Shown piece by piece: positions 28,265 to 37,635 of a stretch of DNA of 59,887 nt; within the stretch, counting starts at the first letter, position 1; each line of letters opens with the position of its first letter. This DNA is from Alphaproteobacteria bacterium (lineage in GTDB: Bacteria > Pseudomonadota > Alphaproteobacteria > GCA-2731375). The notes beneath the pieces are model-generated. The model worked only from the letters and a program-made list of their open reading frames with translations, ran no database searches and was not told the origin of the DNA. Location of the stretch: positions 1 through 59,887 of the forward strand of contig VGEV01000003.1 in NCBI GenBank assembly GCA_016869175.1. Reading direction: 5' to 3'. A program made the translations under genes and the position numbers.

Positions 28265-28958
28265 TGGGCTGAGTGTCGCTTATGGCGGGCTGAGGGCGCT
28301 GAGCGGTCTCGACCTGGAGGTCAATGACGGCGAGTTCGTGGCCATTGTCGGGCCGAACGGCGCCGGCAAGACGACACTCTTCAAGACGATTTCCGGCACG
28401 GTCACGCCGGTTGCCGGCCGCATCGAATTCGAGGGGCGCGACCTGCTGGCAATCCCGGCGGCCGAGCGCGCGCATCTCGGCATCGCCCACGTGCCGGAAG
28501 GCCGGCAAGTATTCAAGACCCTGTCGGTGTGGGACAACTTGCAGTTGGGGGCCTATCCACAGGCCGACCGGGGGGCTTTCGCGCGCAATATCGGGCGCAT
28601 CGTGGAGCTGTTTCCGGTCTTGCACGAGCGGCGCGACCAGCTTGCCGGCACGCTGTCGGGGGGCGAGCAGCAGATGTTGGCGATCGGCCGCGGGCTTGCC
28701 TCCTCGCCCCGGCTGCTGATGCTGGACGAACCCTCGATGGGCCTGGCTCCCACGATCGCCGATGCCATCTTCGAGCGCATCGAGGAGGTGCACCGCCAGG
28801 ACCGGGTGGCGGTGCTGCTGGTCGAGCAACGCGTGGCCGAAGCCCTGCAGTCGTGCGACCGGGGCTATGTGCTGGATACCGGCCGTGTCGTATTGTCGGG
28901 TACGCATACGCAGTTGATGGCGGATCCCACCGTCAAGCGAGCTTACTTGGGGATGTGA
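28251..28958 (+). CDS. ABC ATPase (LivF-like)
   Basis: GPNGAGKTT, VPEGR, LSGGEQQM and LDEPSMGLAP motifs. Confidence 0.94.
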   Translation: MLRIDGLSVAYGGLRALSGLDLEVNDGEFVAIVGPNGAGKTTLFKTISGTVTPVAGRIEFEGRDLLAIPAAERAHLGIAHVPEGRQVFKTLSVWDNLQLGAYPQADRGAFARNIGRIVELFPVLHERRDQLAGTLSGGEQQMLAIGRGLASSPRLLMLDEPSMGLAPTIADAIFERIEEVHRQDRVAVLLVEQRVAEALQSCDRGYVLDTGRVVLSGTHTQLMADPTVKRAYLGM

Positions 28959-28976
28959 ACGAGGGAGGACATGGGC

Positions 28977-30191
28977 ATGAAAAGAAGCATTCTTCTTTCG
29001 CTGGCGGCGGGCGTGCTGCTGTCGGGCGGCGCCATGGCGCAGCCCAAGGAGGTGAAGATCGGCCTGATCGCGCCGCTGTCGGGTCCGTGGGCGCGGCAGG
29101 GCGAGCTCATGCGCAAGGGCGCCGAGTTGGCGGTCGACGACATCAACGGCTCCGGCGGAATCCAGGGGCTGGGCGGCGCCAAGATCCGGCTGATCGTCGG
29201 CGATGCCGGCGAGAACGCGGAAAAGGCTAAGAACGCGGCGCAACGACTGCTGTCCGAACATCCCGACCTGTCCGCGGGAACCGGCGCTTGGCTGAGTTCC
29301 TTCACGCTGGCCATCACCGAGGTGACGGAACGCGCCAAGCTGCCTTGGCTGACGCTGTCCTATTCCGAGCAGATCACGGCGCGCGGCTTCAAATACGTCT
29401 TCCAGACCTCCGCCACCGCCGCCGACCAGGCGCAGAAGACCCTGCCCATCATCATCAAGGCGGCGCAGGCCGCGGGCGCGGCGAAGCCCAAGACCATGGG
29501 CGTGATCTCCGATAACACCGCCTCGCCGGTCAACTTCATGAAGTTCATGCGCGAGAAGGGGCTGCAGGAGAACGGCGTGGAACTGGTGGTGGACGAGGTG
29601 TTCACCCCGCCGTTGGCCGACGCCACGCCGCCGGTGCAGAAGGTGCGCCAGCGCCGGCCAGACATGATGCTGGTCTATCCGACCGGTACCGCGGACGTGA
29701 AACTGGTGCTGGAGAAGTTCAAGGAGTTCAACCTGGACAAGGGTCGCCTGCCGATGTTCGGCAATGGCGCGCAGTTCGGCACGCCGGAGATCCTGAACGC
29801 CGTCGGCAAGGACCTGCTGGAAGGGTTCATCTTCAGTCTGGCGAACTGGCCGACCAAGGAAACCGAGGCCATGGCCAAGCGCTTCATGGTGCGGTTCAAC
29901 GAGCCGTTCGTCGGCCAGGACCCGGTGTCCACCTATGGCGATGTCCAGCTGGTCAAGGCGGTGATCGAGAAGATGAAGAGCGCCGAGGCCGAGAAGGTGG
30001 CGGAAGGCTTGCGGGCAATCGACCTGAAGGGCGGCGTCGCGGCGTTCTATGCCGGCGGCAAGGTCAAGTTCGAGGACAACGGCCGGCGGGCCGATGCCGG
30101 CATCTACCTGGTGCAGTGGCAGAACGGCGTGCCGGTCACGGTCTATCCGCCGGAGGCGGCGCAGGCCAAGATCAATTGGCCGAAGAAGTAG
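28977..30191 (+). CDS. Periplasmic substrate-binding protein (Liv/PBP1 type)
   Basis: Signal peptide ending AMA; KIGLIAPLSG, AVDDINGSGGI and C-terminal QWQNG...VYP; RBS GAGGGAGG. Confidence 0.9.
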   Translation: MKRSILLSLAAGVLLSGGAMAQPKEVKIGLIAPLSGPWARQGELMRKGAELAVDDINGSGGIQGLGGAKIRLIVGDAGENAEKAKNAAQRLLSEHPDLSAGTGAWLSSFTLAITEVTERAKLPWLTLSYSEQITARGFKYVFQTSATAADQAQKTLPIIIKAAQAAGAAKPKTMGVISDNTASPVNFMKFMREKGLQENGVELVVDEVFTPPLADATPPVQKVRQRRPDMMLVYPTGTADVKLVLEKFKEFNLDKGRLPMFGNGAQFGTPEILNAVGKDLLEGFIFSLANWPTKETEAMAKRFMVRFNEPFVGQDPVSTYGDVQLVKAVIEKMKSAEAEKVAEGLRAIDLKGGVAAFYAGGKVKFEDNGRRADAGIYLVQWQNGVPVTVYPPEAAQAKINWPKK

Positions 30192-30209
30192 ACCGACGGC
30201 GGTTTCGTT

Positions 30210-30245
30210 CCGGGCGGCCCCGCGCGGGGCCGCCCGGCCTGTTTT
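30210..30245 (+). terminator. GC-rich hairpin/likely intrinsic terminator after the SBP gene
   Basis: Perfect 28-bp palindrome CCGGGCGGCCCCGCGCGGGGCCGCCCGG (30210-30237) followed by CCTGTTTT. Confidence 0.65.
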
Positions 30246-30257
30246 CGGGAGCAGTCG

Positions 30258-31238
30258 ATGGCCGAATGGGCCGCCCGCATTCACCGCCATGGCGGACCGG
30301 AGGAATTCCGCTATGAAGCGATCGCGCTCGGCCGGCCGGGGCCGGGCGAGGCGTTGGTGCGGCACTCGGCCATCGGCGTCAACTTCATCGATGTGAACCA
30401 CCGGCTGGGGCGCTATCCGCTGGACGACATGCCGCGCATCGTGGGCATGGAGGGGGCGGGACGGGTGGAGGCCGTGGGCGCCGGCGTCGCTTCCCTCGCG
30501 GTCGGCGACCGGGTCGCCTATGCCGGGCAGCCAATGGGCGCCTATGCCACGGCGCGGCTGCTGCCGGCCGAGCGGCTGGTCAAGCTGCCGTCCGACATCG
30601 CGGACGAACTGGCGGCGGCGATCATGCTGAAGGGCATGACGGCGCAATATCTGCTGCGCGGCAGCTATCGCGTGGCGCCGGGCGAGACGGTGCTGATCCA
30701 CGCCGCGGCCGGTGGCGTCGGGCAGATCGCCTGCCAGTGGGCCAAGGCGCTGGGCGCGCGGGTTATCGGCACCGTCGGCTCGGCCGCCAAGGCGGCGGTG
30801 GCGCGGGCGCATGGCTGTGACGAGGTGATCGTCTATTCCCGCGAGGATTTCGCGGAGCGCACGCGCCAACTGACCGGTGGCGAAGGCGTGCCGGTGGTCT
30901 ATGACAGCGTCGGCGCCGCCACCTTCGAGGGCTCGCTGCGATGCCTGCGTCCGCGCGGCATGCTGGTCAGCTATGGCTATTCCTCCGGCCTGCTGCCGCC
31001 CTTCGACCTGTTCCGCCTGAACCACATGGGCTCGCTCTACGTCACTTGCGCCTCGCTGTTCACCTACACAGCTTCGCGCGCCGACCTGCTGGCCAGCGCC
31101 GCGGAGCTGTTCCAGGTGATCCGCAGCGGCCAAGTGAAGATCGACATCGTCGCCCGCCATGCCTTGGCGGACGCGGACAAGGCGCATCGGGCATTGGAAT
31201 CCCGCGCCAGCGCCGGACCGATGCTGCTGATGCCGTGA
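30258..31238 (+). CDS. qor: NADPH:quinone oxidoreductase (zeta-crystallin/Qor family)
   Basis: GVNFID, GMEGAG, LKGMTAQYL, HAAAGGVG and VVYDSVG motifs. Confidence 0.88.
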   Translation: MAEWAARIHRHGGPEEFRYEAIALGRPGPGEALVRHSAIGVNFIDVNHRLGRYPLDDMPRIVGMEGAGRVEAVGAGVASLAVGDRVAYAGQPMGAYATARLLPAERLVKLPSDIADELAAAIMLKGMTAQYLLRGSYRVAPGETVLIHAAAGGVGQIACQWAKALGARVIGTVGSAAKAAVARAHGCDEVIVYSREDFAERTRQLTGGEGVPVVYDSVGAATFEGSLRCLRPRGMLVSYGYSSGLLPPFDLFRLNHMGSLYVTCASLFTYTASRADLLASAAELFQVIRSGQVKIDIVARHALADADKAHRALESRASAGPMLLMP

Positions 31239-31712
31239 CTACAACGGCGTTGCCAGCAAGGTCGGGATCGCGGCCGTATCGGCCAGCACCAGCTTGTCGC
31301 GGAACAAGGGCCGGCCCGCCTGGAACACCACCTGGTCGCGATAGCTGCCGACGCTGAACAGGCGCGATTGCCCCTCGGTGTCGGTCTGGTAGACGGCGTA
31401 GCTGGCCTCCAAAGACCAGGTGTCGGAGCCGAGCCGGCGGATGCGCGGGCCGCCCACCAGGTGGCGGTCACGGTGGATGTTGAAGATGTTGGCCCGGCGC
31501 AACGCCACCACCCGGTCGCTCAGCATCGCCTTGTTCTCGCACAGCATGAGCGGCTGCGGCAGGCCCAGATCGGCGTTCTCGCGCGGCAAGATGCAATAGC
31601 GGCAGGGTTCGGCGAACAGTTCCAGCCAGTCTTCCAGCCGGTCCTCGTCCAGCAGCGCCGCGTAGTCGGCCAAGAGGTCAGCGACGGCGGCCTTGGCCTC
31701 GGCCTCGCTCAC
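31239..31712 (-). CDS. Aromatic ring-hydroxylating oxygenase small (beta) subunit
   Basis: YAALLDEDRLEDWLELF, PRENADLGLP, MLSDRV, G.YRD and C-terminal IPTLLATPL (NagH/AndAd-like); GTG overlaps the alpha-subunit stop. Confidence 0.9.
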   Translation of the reverse strand: MSEAEAKAAVADLLADYAALLDEDRLEDWLELFAEPCRYCILPRENADLGLPQPLMLCENKAMLSDRVVALRRANIFNIHRDRHLVGGPRIRRLGSDTWSLEASYAVYQTDTEGQSRLFSVGSYRDQVVFQAGRPLFRDKLVLADTAAIPTLLATPL

Positions 31713-32962
31713 CTGACCGCTCCCGGCGGCTCCATGCCCATCAGCTCGGCGTAATAGGACCAGAAGCCGCGCAAGGGAATGTCGGTCACCCGGAAGTCGC
31801 AATCCACGATCGGTCCACGCCCGCCCATTTCGATGATCGAGCAGGCGTCCGGCTCGGCTTGCGTCGAGCGCTGCGCCAGCTCGATCGCCTCGCCATCCTC
31901 CATCGACACGAAACCGGCGGGTCCCGCCAGGTTCGACTGCCGCAGGCGGTGCTGGGTCAGCGCCTCGTTGTCGCCCTCGAAACCATAGAAGATCCAGAAC
32001 AACTCGAACTCTGCCACGCCCTTAGTGCGCACCTGGCGCACCGCCAGGCTGTTGTTGATCTGCTGGAAGACGCAATTGGGGAAGATCGACAGCATGGCGA
32101 GGTTGAGGTCGTCGGGGAACTCGCGCTCGAACTTCAGCAGCGCCGGATCGGCCAGCTTCAGCGCATTGGCGCGCAACTGGTGCTGGCCATACTGGGCGAC
32201 CGCGTCCTGGTCGCTGTCGCTGGCGGCATGCGCGTAGGTGAAATTGTGCCGGTGCCGGGCGTCCATGGCGACGCCGCCCTGCTGCGTCGCGCGATCGATG
32301 CCGAAGGTCACCATGAATTCGTGCAGCAGGCTGGCATGGTAGGTATCGCGCACGTTCTCCAGATAGAGCTTCCAGTTGCCGGCGATGCGCTGGCGCTGAT
32401 AGCCCAGGATCCTCAGCGGCTTGTGGGTTGCGCGCCGCAGCTTCGCGGCGGCGAGGGGGCCAAGATAGTCGGCGAGCGGCTCCGGCGCCTCGGCAAAGGT
32501 GCCGAACACGGCGCCGCTCAGACATTCGACCCGCAGCTTGCGCAGGCCGTTGGCGGCGAAGTCGAACGACGGATCGAGGCCGCCTTTGCCGTTGACACCG
32601 TTCCTGAACGGCACCCCCACCAGGTTGCCCTGCTGGTCGTAGCTCCAGCGGTGGTAGACGCAAGTGTGCACCTTGCGATTGCCGCGCTGCTCGCGGCAGA
32701 TGGTGGCGCCGCGATGCGCGCAACGGTTGACGAAGGCATGCACCCGGCCGTCGCGGTCGTGGTTGAACACCACCGGAGTGTCGCCGACCCAGACGCTGCG
32801 GAAATCGCCCGGTTTCGGGATCTCGGCCTCCAGCCCCAGGAAATTCCAGGTGGGTCCGCGGAACACCCTCTGCTGCTCGAGGTCGTAGAGCGCGCGGTCG
32901 TGATAGAGCCAGAAGGGAACCCGGCTGTAGTCCTGGCGCTGCCAGTGCACCTGCGGTTGCAT
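31709..32962 (-). CDS. Rieske non-heme iron oxygenase large (alpha) subunit, salicylate 5-hydroxylase/anthranilate dioxygenase-like
   Basis: Rieske CAHRG...CVYH; mononuclear site NWKLYLENVRDTYHASLLH and GFVSMEDGE. Confidence 0.92.
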   Translation of the reverse strand: MQPQVHWQRQDYSRVPFWLYHDRALYDLEQQRVFRGPTWNFLGLEAEIPKPGDFRSVWVGDTPVVFNHDRDGRVHAFVNRCAHRGATICREQRGNRKVHTCVYHRWSYDQQGNLVGVPFRNGVNGKGGLDPSFDFAANGLRKLRVECLSGAVFGTFAEAPEPLADYLGPLAAAKLRRATHKPLRILGYQRQRIAGNWKLYLENVRDTYHASLLHEFMVTFGIDRATQQGGVAMDARHRHNFTYAHAASDSDQDAVAQYGQHQLRANALKLADPALLKFEREFPDDLNLAMLSIFPNCVFQQINNSLAVRQVRTKGVAEFELFWIFYGFEGDNEALTQHRLRQSNLAGPAGFVSMEDGEAIELAQRSTQAEPDACSIIEMGGRGPIVDCDFRVTDIPLRGFWSYYAELMGMEPPGAVR

Positions 32963-32972
32963 GGCGGTCGTC

Positions 32973-34685
32973 CTATTCCTCGAGGCCATAGAGATCGCGC
33001 GCCGCGGCGGCGGAAATCTTGCCGAGCGCCAGGTCGCGGCGCACGGCCGCGCGGTCGCGTCGCTTGGGATCGCCCCAGCCGCCGCCGCCCGTCGTCTTGA
33101 TGCGGACCAGGTCCCCGGCCGCGAGCGCTATGCCGGTGATCTTGCTCGGCAGCCGGCGTTCGCTGGCGGCACCGGGGTTGACCGTGATTTCGGTCCTGGC
33201 GCCGTCGCCGCCCTGGGCCAGGCCATAGGGCCCGAAGCGCATCCGATCGGCCAGGACAGTGAACTGGCCCTGGCCGGTCAAGAGCCGCACGTCGCGCTCC
33301 AGGCCCAGTCCGCCGCGATGAAGGCCGGCGCCGCCCGAGTCCGGCCGCAATTCGTAGCGCTCGATCCGCACCGGATGCAGCCGCTCGATCATCTCGATGG
33401 GCGTGTTGGCGGGGTTGTGGATCTGCGCCGAGCAGCTTTCCAGGCCGTCGCGCAAGGAACTGCCGCCCCAGCCGCCCACGCCGATCTCGAACAGCACCCA
33501 GCGCATGCCGCCGTCATCGCCCAGCCCGCTCAGCATGGTGGTCGTGGACATGCCGTAGTAGGCGGCGGGAATACGCTCGGGCAAGGCTTGCGCCAGCGCG
33601 CCGTTCACCACATCGCAGGTGCGGTGCAAGGTGGCCATGCGGCCGACCACCGGCGCCGGCGGCACGGCGTTGATCACGGTGCCGGCCGGCGCCACGATCC
33701 GGACGGGTCTGAAGCAGCCCTCGTTGACCGGTATGTCGGCGCCGATGGCGGCGACCAGGCAGTAGTGCACGACCGCGGTCGTCATCGATACCGAGCAGTT
33801 GATCGGCGCCGCGCGCTGCGTGGAGGAGCCGGTGAAATCCGCCACGATCTCCTCGTCCGCGACCGTCAGGTCGACCTGGATCTCGACCGGGTTGTTCGAT
33901 ACGCCGTCGTCGTCCAGCCGGTCGGCGAAGCGATAGCGGCCGTTCGGGATGCGGCGGATGCCGGCACGCATCAGCCGCTCCGAATAGTCGAGCAGCGCCT
34001 CGATATTGGCGCCGATGGTCGCCGGCCCCCAACGGTCGAGCAGTTCGATCAGGCCCTGCTCGCCGATCCTGAGGCTGGCCATCTGCGCTTCCATGTCGCC
34101 CCAGACATAGTCGGGCAGGCGGATGTTGGCGAACAGCAGTCGCTTGATGTCGCCCTGCAGCTCGCCCCGGCGATAGAGCCGCACCGGCGGAATGCGCAGG
34201 CCTTCCTGATAGATCTGCGTCGCGGTCATGAAATAGCTGCCGGGCGCGGTGCCGCCGACATCGACATGATGCGCCACGCAGCCGGCGATGCCGGCCAGCT
34301 GGCCGCGCCAGAAGATCGGTCGGAACATCACCAGGTCCGGCAGGTGCTGGCTGCCGCCAAGATAGGGGTCGTTGACCAGGAACACATCGCCTTCCTGCCA
34401 CTCGTTGAGCGGCGCGGCGTGCTCGAGGACGAAACGCAGCGTCGGCCCCATGGCATTGACGAAGGTGGGGGCGGCGGCCGACTGGGTGATCAACCGCCCG
34501 TCGGTGTCAAGCAGCGCGGTGGCGAAGTCCAGCACCTCGCGGATCACGGTCGAATGCGCGGTGTATTGCAGCGTGACCGCCATCTGCTCGGCGACCGAGT
34601 CGAGGGCATTCTTCACTACCTGCATCATCACCGGATCGACCGCGACGGTCGCCTCGGCGTTGCCGGCAAGCTTGCGCAAGCTCAT
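32973..34685 (-). CDS. Hydantoinase B/oxoprolinase family subunit
   Basis: EQM...LQYTAHS.VIRE..DF, NDPY.GG.HLPD, HHVDVGG, EGLRIPP, DSGGAG..RGG and TGGGGWGDP motifs. Confidence 0.93.
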   Translation of the reverse strand: MSLRKLAGNAEATVAVDPVMMQVVKNALDSVAEQMAVTLQYTAHSTVIREVLDFATALLDTDGRLITQSAAAPTFVNAMGPTLRFVLEHAAPLNEWQEGDVFLVNDPYLGGSQHLPDLVMFRPIFWRGQLAGIAGCVAHHVDVGGTAPGSYFMTATQIYQEGLRIPPVRLYRRGELQGDIKRLLFANIRLPDYVWGDMEAQMASLRIGEQGLIELLDRWGPATIGANIEALLDYSERLMRAGIRRIPNGRYRFADRLDDDGVSNNPVEIQVDLTVADEEIVADFTGSSTQRAAPINCSVSMTTAVVHYCLVAAIGADIPVNEGCFRPVRIVAPAGTVINAVPPAPVVGRMATLHRTCDVVNGALAQALPERIPAAYYGMSTTTMLSGLGDDGGMRWVLFEIGVGGWGGSSLRDGLESCSAQIHNPANTPIEMIERLHPVRIERYELRPDSGGAGLHRGGLGLERDVRLLTGQGQFTVLADRMRFGPYGLAQGGDGARTEITVNPGAASERRLPSKITGIALAAGDLVRIKTTGGGGWGDPKRRDRAAVRRDLALGKISAAAARDLYGLEE

Positions 34686-34697
34686 GCTTCTGCTCCT

Positions 34698-36809
34698 TCA
34701 GGCCGACTTCCGCCGGCTCAGCAACAGGTGGCGGTGCGGATCGACCGCCAGCCGCCATCCGGCGGGCAGCAGCGTCGTCGAGTCCTTCTGTTCGATCACC
34801 GCGGGGCCGCCGAAGGCATGATCGAGCGCCAATTGCTCGCGCTCGTAGACCGGGCAGTCGACGCGGCCGAGCCCGCGGAAATGCACGGGTCGCCGCCCCT
34901 TGGGCTGCGGCGGCGTGCCGGCGGCGGCAAGGCGCGGCGGCGCCGGATTGCCAACCCGTCCGGTCGCCGTCACCTTCAGGCTGACCGCCTCGATGCCGCG
35001 GTCGGGAATGTCGTAGGCATAGCGGCGCTTGTGCTCGGCATGGAAGCGCCGGGCGGTTTCCGCCAGCGCCGCCGCATCCAGCATCGGCGCCGGCAGTTCG
35101 ATGCGCAACTCGTAGGCTTGGCCGACATAGCGGAGTTCGGCCAACGCCTGCATCGTGATATCGGCGTCGGCCACGCCGCTCGCCCGCACGACGGCCCGGC
35201 CGTCGTCGGCCAGGCGGGCAAGCAGGGCGTTGGCGGCGGTCAGATCGAGGCTCACCAGATTGCCGAAAAAGGCTTGGCGGAACTCGTGCCGAATGTCGCT
35301 GCCCAGCAGACCGACCGCCGAGGCGACGCCCGGCAGCGGCGGCACGATCACTTCGGGAACGCCCAGTTCCTCGGCGAGGTAGCAGGCGACCAGCGGACCG
35401 GCGCCGCCAAAGGCGATCAGCGCGTAGTCGGCGGGATGGCGGCCACGCTCGATCGACACCCGGCGCAGCGCGCGCACCATGAGCGCGTTGGAAACCTCGA
35501 TGATGCCGGCAGCCGCGGCCTCGGCGCTCAGGCCGAGCGGCTTGGCGATGCGCTCGCTCATGGCCCGCTCGACCGCCGGCAGGTCGAGCTTCATCTCGCC
35601 GCCCAGGAAGTAGTCGGCGCTGAGCCGGCCCAGGAGCAGGTTGGCGTCCGTGGTGGTGGGCTCGGTTCCACCCAGGCCGTAGCAGACCGGACCGGGATCG
35701 GCGCCGGCGCTCTGCGGCCCCACCCGCAATGCGTCCGCTTCGTCGATCCAGGCGATCGAGCCGCCGCCCGCGCCCACTTCGACCACGTCCATGAACGGCA
35801 CGCGGATCGGATAGCCGGTGCCGTAGCCGCCGCCGGCCTGCGCGCCGTGCCGGGCGCCGCCCACCTCGTATTCGGTGGACAACTCGATCCGGCCGCCATG
35901 CACCAGGGCCGCCTTGGCGGTGGTGCCGCCCATGTCGAACGAGATCACGTTGCCGCGACCGACCTGCCGGCCGATCGTGGCCGCCGCTACCACGCCGGCG
36001 GCGGGACCTGACTCGATGATGTTGACCGGGAAGCGGCGGATATCGGCCGAGCGCATCATGCCGCCCGAGGACTGCATGATATAAAGATCGCGCGCATAAC
36101 CGGCGTCGGCGAGCTCGCTTTCCAGACGTGCGAGATAGCGGTCGACCAGCGGCATGACGGCGGCGTTCACCACCGCCGTGCTGGTGCGCTCGTATTCGCG
36201 GAATTCCGGGCAGACCTCGGCCGAGCAGGTGACATAGGCGTCGGGTCGCATGCGACGAATGGCCTCGGCCACCCGCTGCTCCTCTTGCGGTCGCGCGTAG
36301 CTGTGCAGGAAGCAGACGGCGAAGCTGGCCACCTCGCGTGCCAGCAAGGCCGCGATGCGCGCTTCGACCTCGGTCATGTCGAGCGGTTGCAGCACCTCGC
36401 CCTTGGGATCGAGCCGGCCGTCCACTTCCAGCCTGAGGTCGCGCGGCACCAGCGGCGCCGCCAATTCCAGGCGGTGGTTGTAGACATCGGGCCGCGCATG
36501 CCGGCGGATTTCCAGGACGTCGCGGAAGCCGCGATTGGTGATCAGGCCGATCCTGGGCGTTTTCTGCTGCAACAATGCGTTGGTCGCGGTGGTGGTGGCA
36601 TGCACGATGCGCGATTGCGCCAACGCTTCGGAAAGACCGCCGTCCAGCAGCTTCTCCAGGCCCTGCATGATGCCGACCGACAAATCGGCAGGCGTCGTCA
36701 GCACCTTGTCGGCGCGGATGCCGCCCGCGCGGTCGATCACCACCACGTCGATGAAGGTGCCGCCGACGTCGATGCCGATGGTGACTTCGGGCATGTTCGC
36801 TTCACTCAT
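34698..36809 (-). CDS. Hydantoinase A/oxoprolinase family subunit (ATP-binding)
   Basis: IGIDVGGTF, TTTATNA, EFREYERTST, ESGPAAG, DMGGTT, GAGGGSIA and SAGADPGP motifs. Confidence 0.93.
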   Translation of the reverse strand: MSEANMPEVTIGIDVGGTFIDVVVIDRAGGIRADKVLTTPADLSVGIMQGLEKLLDGGLSEALAQSRIVHATTTATNALLQQKTPRIGLITNRGFRDVLEIRRHARPDVYNHRLELAAPLVPRDLRLEVDGRLDPKGEVLQPLDMTEVEARIAALLAREVASFAVCFLHSYARPQEEQRVAEAIRRMRPDAYVTCSAEVCPEFREYERTSTAVVNAAVMPLVDRYLARLESELADAGYARDLYIMQSSGGMMRSADIRRFPVNIIESGPAAGVVAAATIGRQVGRGNVISFDMGGTTAKAALVHGGRIELSTEYEVGGARHGAQAGGGYGTGYPIRVPFMDVVEVGAGGGSIAWIDEADALRVGPQSAGADPGPVCYGLGGTEPTTTDANLLLGRLSADYFLGGEMKLDLPAVERAMSERIAKPLGLSAEAAAAGIIEVSNALMVRALRRVSIERGRHPADYALIAFGGAGPLVACYLAEELGVPEVIVPPLPGVASAVGLLGSDIRHEFRQAFFGNLVSLDLTAANALLARLADDGRAVVRASGVADADITMQALAELRYVGQAYELRIELPAPMLDAAALAETARRFHAEHKRRYAYDIPDRGIEAVSLKVTATGRVGNPAPPRLAAAGTPPQPKGRRPVHFRGLGRVDCPVYEREQLALDHAFGGPAVIEQKDSTTLLPAGWRLAVDPHRHLLLSRRKSA

Positions 36810-36862
36810 GGCCGGCATTCTCGCCACCGCCCGTCATGCGTGCAACCCATGCGGCCGGCGCG

Positions 36863-37489
36863 TCAGCGCCAGGCCCAGACCGGCTGGTCGAGGCCGGCCA
36901 CGCGGATCGGGTTGCCCTTAACGGCCACCTCGCGGAACTGGTAGACCATGGCCGCGGTCGGCGCGTAGATCTGGTGCTCGAAGACCAGGATGCGCACGAC
37001 CGGCCGGTCGCTCTCGGGAATCGAGACGAATTCGGGCGAATCCTCGCGGTCGAGTTCGGCGAAGGAGACCGGGTGGATGCGCGCCACTTCCGCAGGGTTG
37101 GCGGCAAGCTGCGGCCGCTCGCCGCCCCACAGCACGACCGGCGTCACCACATAGCCTGATCGCGTGGGGTAGTCGTCCAGCCGGCCCAACACCGCGCCGG
37201 GACTGAGATCGAGGCCAATCTCCTCGTGCAGTTCGCGCAGCGCGCCTGCCTCCGCGGTCTCGCCCGGCTCCAGCCGGCCGCCCGGCAGCGCCCATTGCCC
37301 GGAATGACTGCTGAGGCGCGATGCCCGCTTGGTCAGGATCAGCGTCGGCGCGCGGTTCCGGCCGGCGATCACCGTCAGCGCCACGGCCGCGCGCTTGCGG
37401 CCGTCGGCGGCAAGCTCGCGATGCGCGAAGGCGTCCAGATGCCGCGTCATCCGCCGCCGCAAGTCGCCATCGAACGCGAGGCCGCGCAT
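36863..37489 (-). CDS. CoA pyrophosphatase (Nudix, NudL-like)
   Basis: [20 protein letters not shown] motif followed by Nudix box [10 protein letters not shown]. Confidence 0.9.
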   Translation of the reverse strand: MRGLAFDGDLRRRMTRHLDAFAHRELAADGRKRAAVALTVIAGRNRAPTLILTKRASRLSSHSGQWALPGGRLEPGETAEAGALRELHEEIGLDLSPGAVLGRLDDYPTRSGYVVTPVVLWGGERPQLAANPAEVARIHPVSFAELDREDSPEFVSIPESDRPVVRILVFEHQIYAPTAAMVYQFREVAVKGNPIRVAGLDQPVWAWR

Positions 37490-37635
37490 GCCCGCCTCAG
37501 GGCGCCCCGGCCGTCCGGTCGACGTGGCAAGCCGGTTCCCGCGCCGCCGGCAGGGCGAGCCGCCGGATGCCCGGTTCCGCGCGCGCGTCGACGACAGCAT
37601 GCATGGTCCAATACTTTCCGGTTCGCGATCGGCCG

